Assembly: GCA_045888315.1 (NCBI GenBank)
Contig: JBGCVQ010000001.1
Location: forward strand, 1 to 56,612
DNA length: 56,612 nt
Source: Anaerolineales bacterium
Lineage (GTDB): Bacteria; Chloroflexota; Anaerolineae; Anaerolineales; UBA11858
Reading direction: 5' to 3'
In this document: positions 56,229 to 56,612 of the stretch, piece by piece
How positions within the stretch are numbered: position 1 is the first letter of the stretch
Layout of the letters: every line of letters starts with the position of its first letter
Translations under genes and position numbers: made by a program
The notes under the pieces: generated by a model
The model's input: only the letters and a program-made list of their open reading frames with translations
Database searches by the model: none
Told to the model about the DNA's origin: nothing

Positions 56229-56573
56229 TCAGTTGGCCAGTAATGAATCCATGACATCTGTGAGCTGGCGCCAGTCTCCAGTCAGATCGGCGAGCATCGT
56301 TTCACCGCCATCACTGAGTTTGTAGTAGCGCCTGGGTCGTGAACCTTCCACGTTCCACTCACTTTCCAGCAGACCCTGTTCCTCCAACCTCCGCAGCAGC
56401 GGATAGAGAGTGCCCTGTTCTATGTCCAGTCCCTTCTCAGCCAGGCTGCTAATCAAAGCGTACCCGTACTTTTCCTCCTTCAGCTGGCTGAGTGCGGCCA
56501 GGACCAGGATACCCCGTCGGAGTTCCTGGGTCAGCTTCTGATACTGTTCTTGCAATGCGTTTTCTATCATCAT
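56229..56573 (-). CDS. PadR-family transcriptional regulator
   Basis: GYALISSLAEKGLDIEQGTLYPLLRRLEEQGLLESEW...RRYYKLS. The start is ambiguous (ATG 56582, 56573 or 56570). Confidence 0.85.
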   Translation of the reverse strand: MMIENALQEQYQKLTQELRRGILVLAALSQLKEEKYGYALISSLAEKGLDIEQGTLYPLLRRLEEQGLLESEWNVEGSRPRRYYKLSDGGETMLADLTGDWRQLTDVMDSLLAN

Positions 56574-56582
56574 GTTACACAT

Positions 56583-56595
56583 TATACAATGTATA
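56583..56595. promoter_or_regulatory. Palindrome immediately upstream of padR; candidate autoregulatory operator
   Basis: TATACA-A-TGTATA. The window ends 17 nt later, so the context is incomplete. Confidence 0.3.
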
Positions 56596-56612
56596 ACACA
56601 GTATTGTCAATA

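Overview
This is a gene-dense, fairly GC-rich 56.6-kb bacterial chromosomal segment. I recognised no rRNA or tRNA genes, CRISPR arrays, transposases, integrases or prophage genes. Most of it is housekeeping: secA, murJ, gyrA, ftsH, birA, prs, mutM, xth, add, an NfnAB-like oxidoreductase, and MeaB with a B12-binding mutase subunit. These are interspersed with small regulators (TetR, MerR/TipAS, PadR, wHTH, an orphan receiver) and hypothetical membrane proteins and lipoproteins.

The stand-out is the first ~9.7 kb, all on the minus strand with very short gaps. It holds a complete Isp-type (group 1e-like) membrane-bound [NiFe] hydrogenase cassette: hynS-isp1-isp2-orf107-hynL-maturation protease ... 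hypC. Directly upstream are an HTH-PocR regulator, TusA, two DsrE-family proteins and a GcvH-like lipoate-binding protein. A two-domain lipoate-protein ligase gene sits between the hydrogenase protease gene and hypC. TusA/DsrE/LbpA/LplA is the accessory set known from sulfur-oxidising sHdr-LbpA systems. Here the only Hdr-type CCG-domain partner in view is the hydrogenase subunit Isp2. I infer a hydrogenase-coupled lipoyl-protein/persulfide redox system that, to my knowledge, has not been described.

Divergently transcribed next to it is an orphan non-pyrrolysine MttB-family methyltransferase with a GPH transporter and a Cys/Met-family PLP enzyme.

Other points of note:
- REP-like GACCTC(C/G)GAGGTC palindromes at two loci.
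- A 1356-aa insertion-rich SecA that lacks the C-terminal zinc finger.
- A lipoprotein with three tandem FAS1 domains.
- A textbook MerR-type promoter with a 19-bp spacer.
- Several strong hairpins, two of which share arm sequences.

Taxonomy cannot be established from the window alone. An Anaerolineae/Chloroflexota-like origin is only a weak impression. All functional calls rest on motifs read by eye in the supplied translations, not on database searches.
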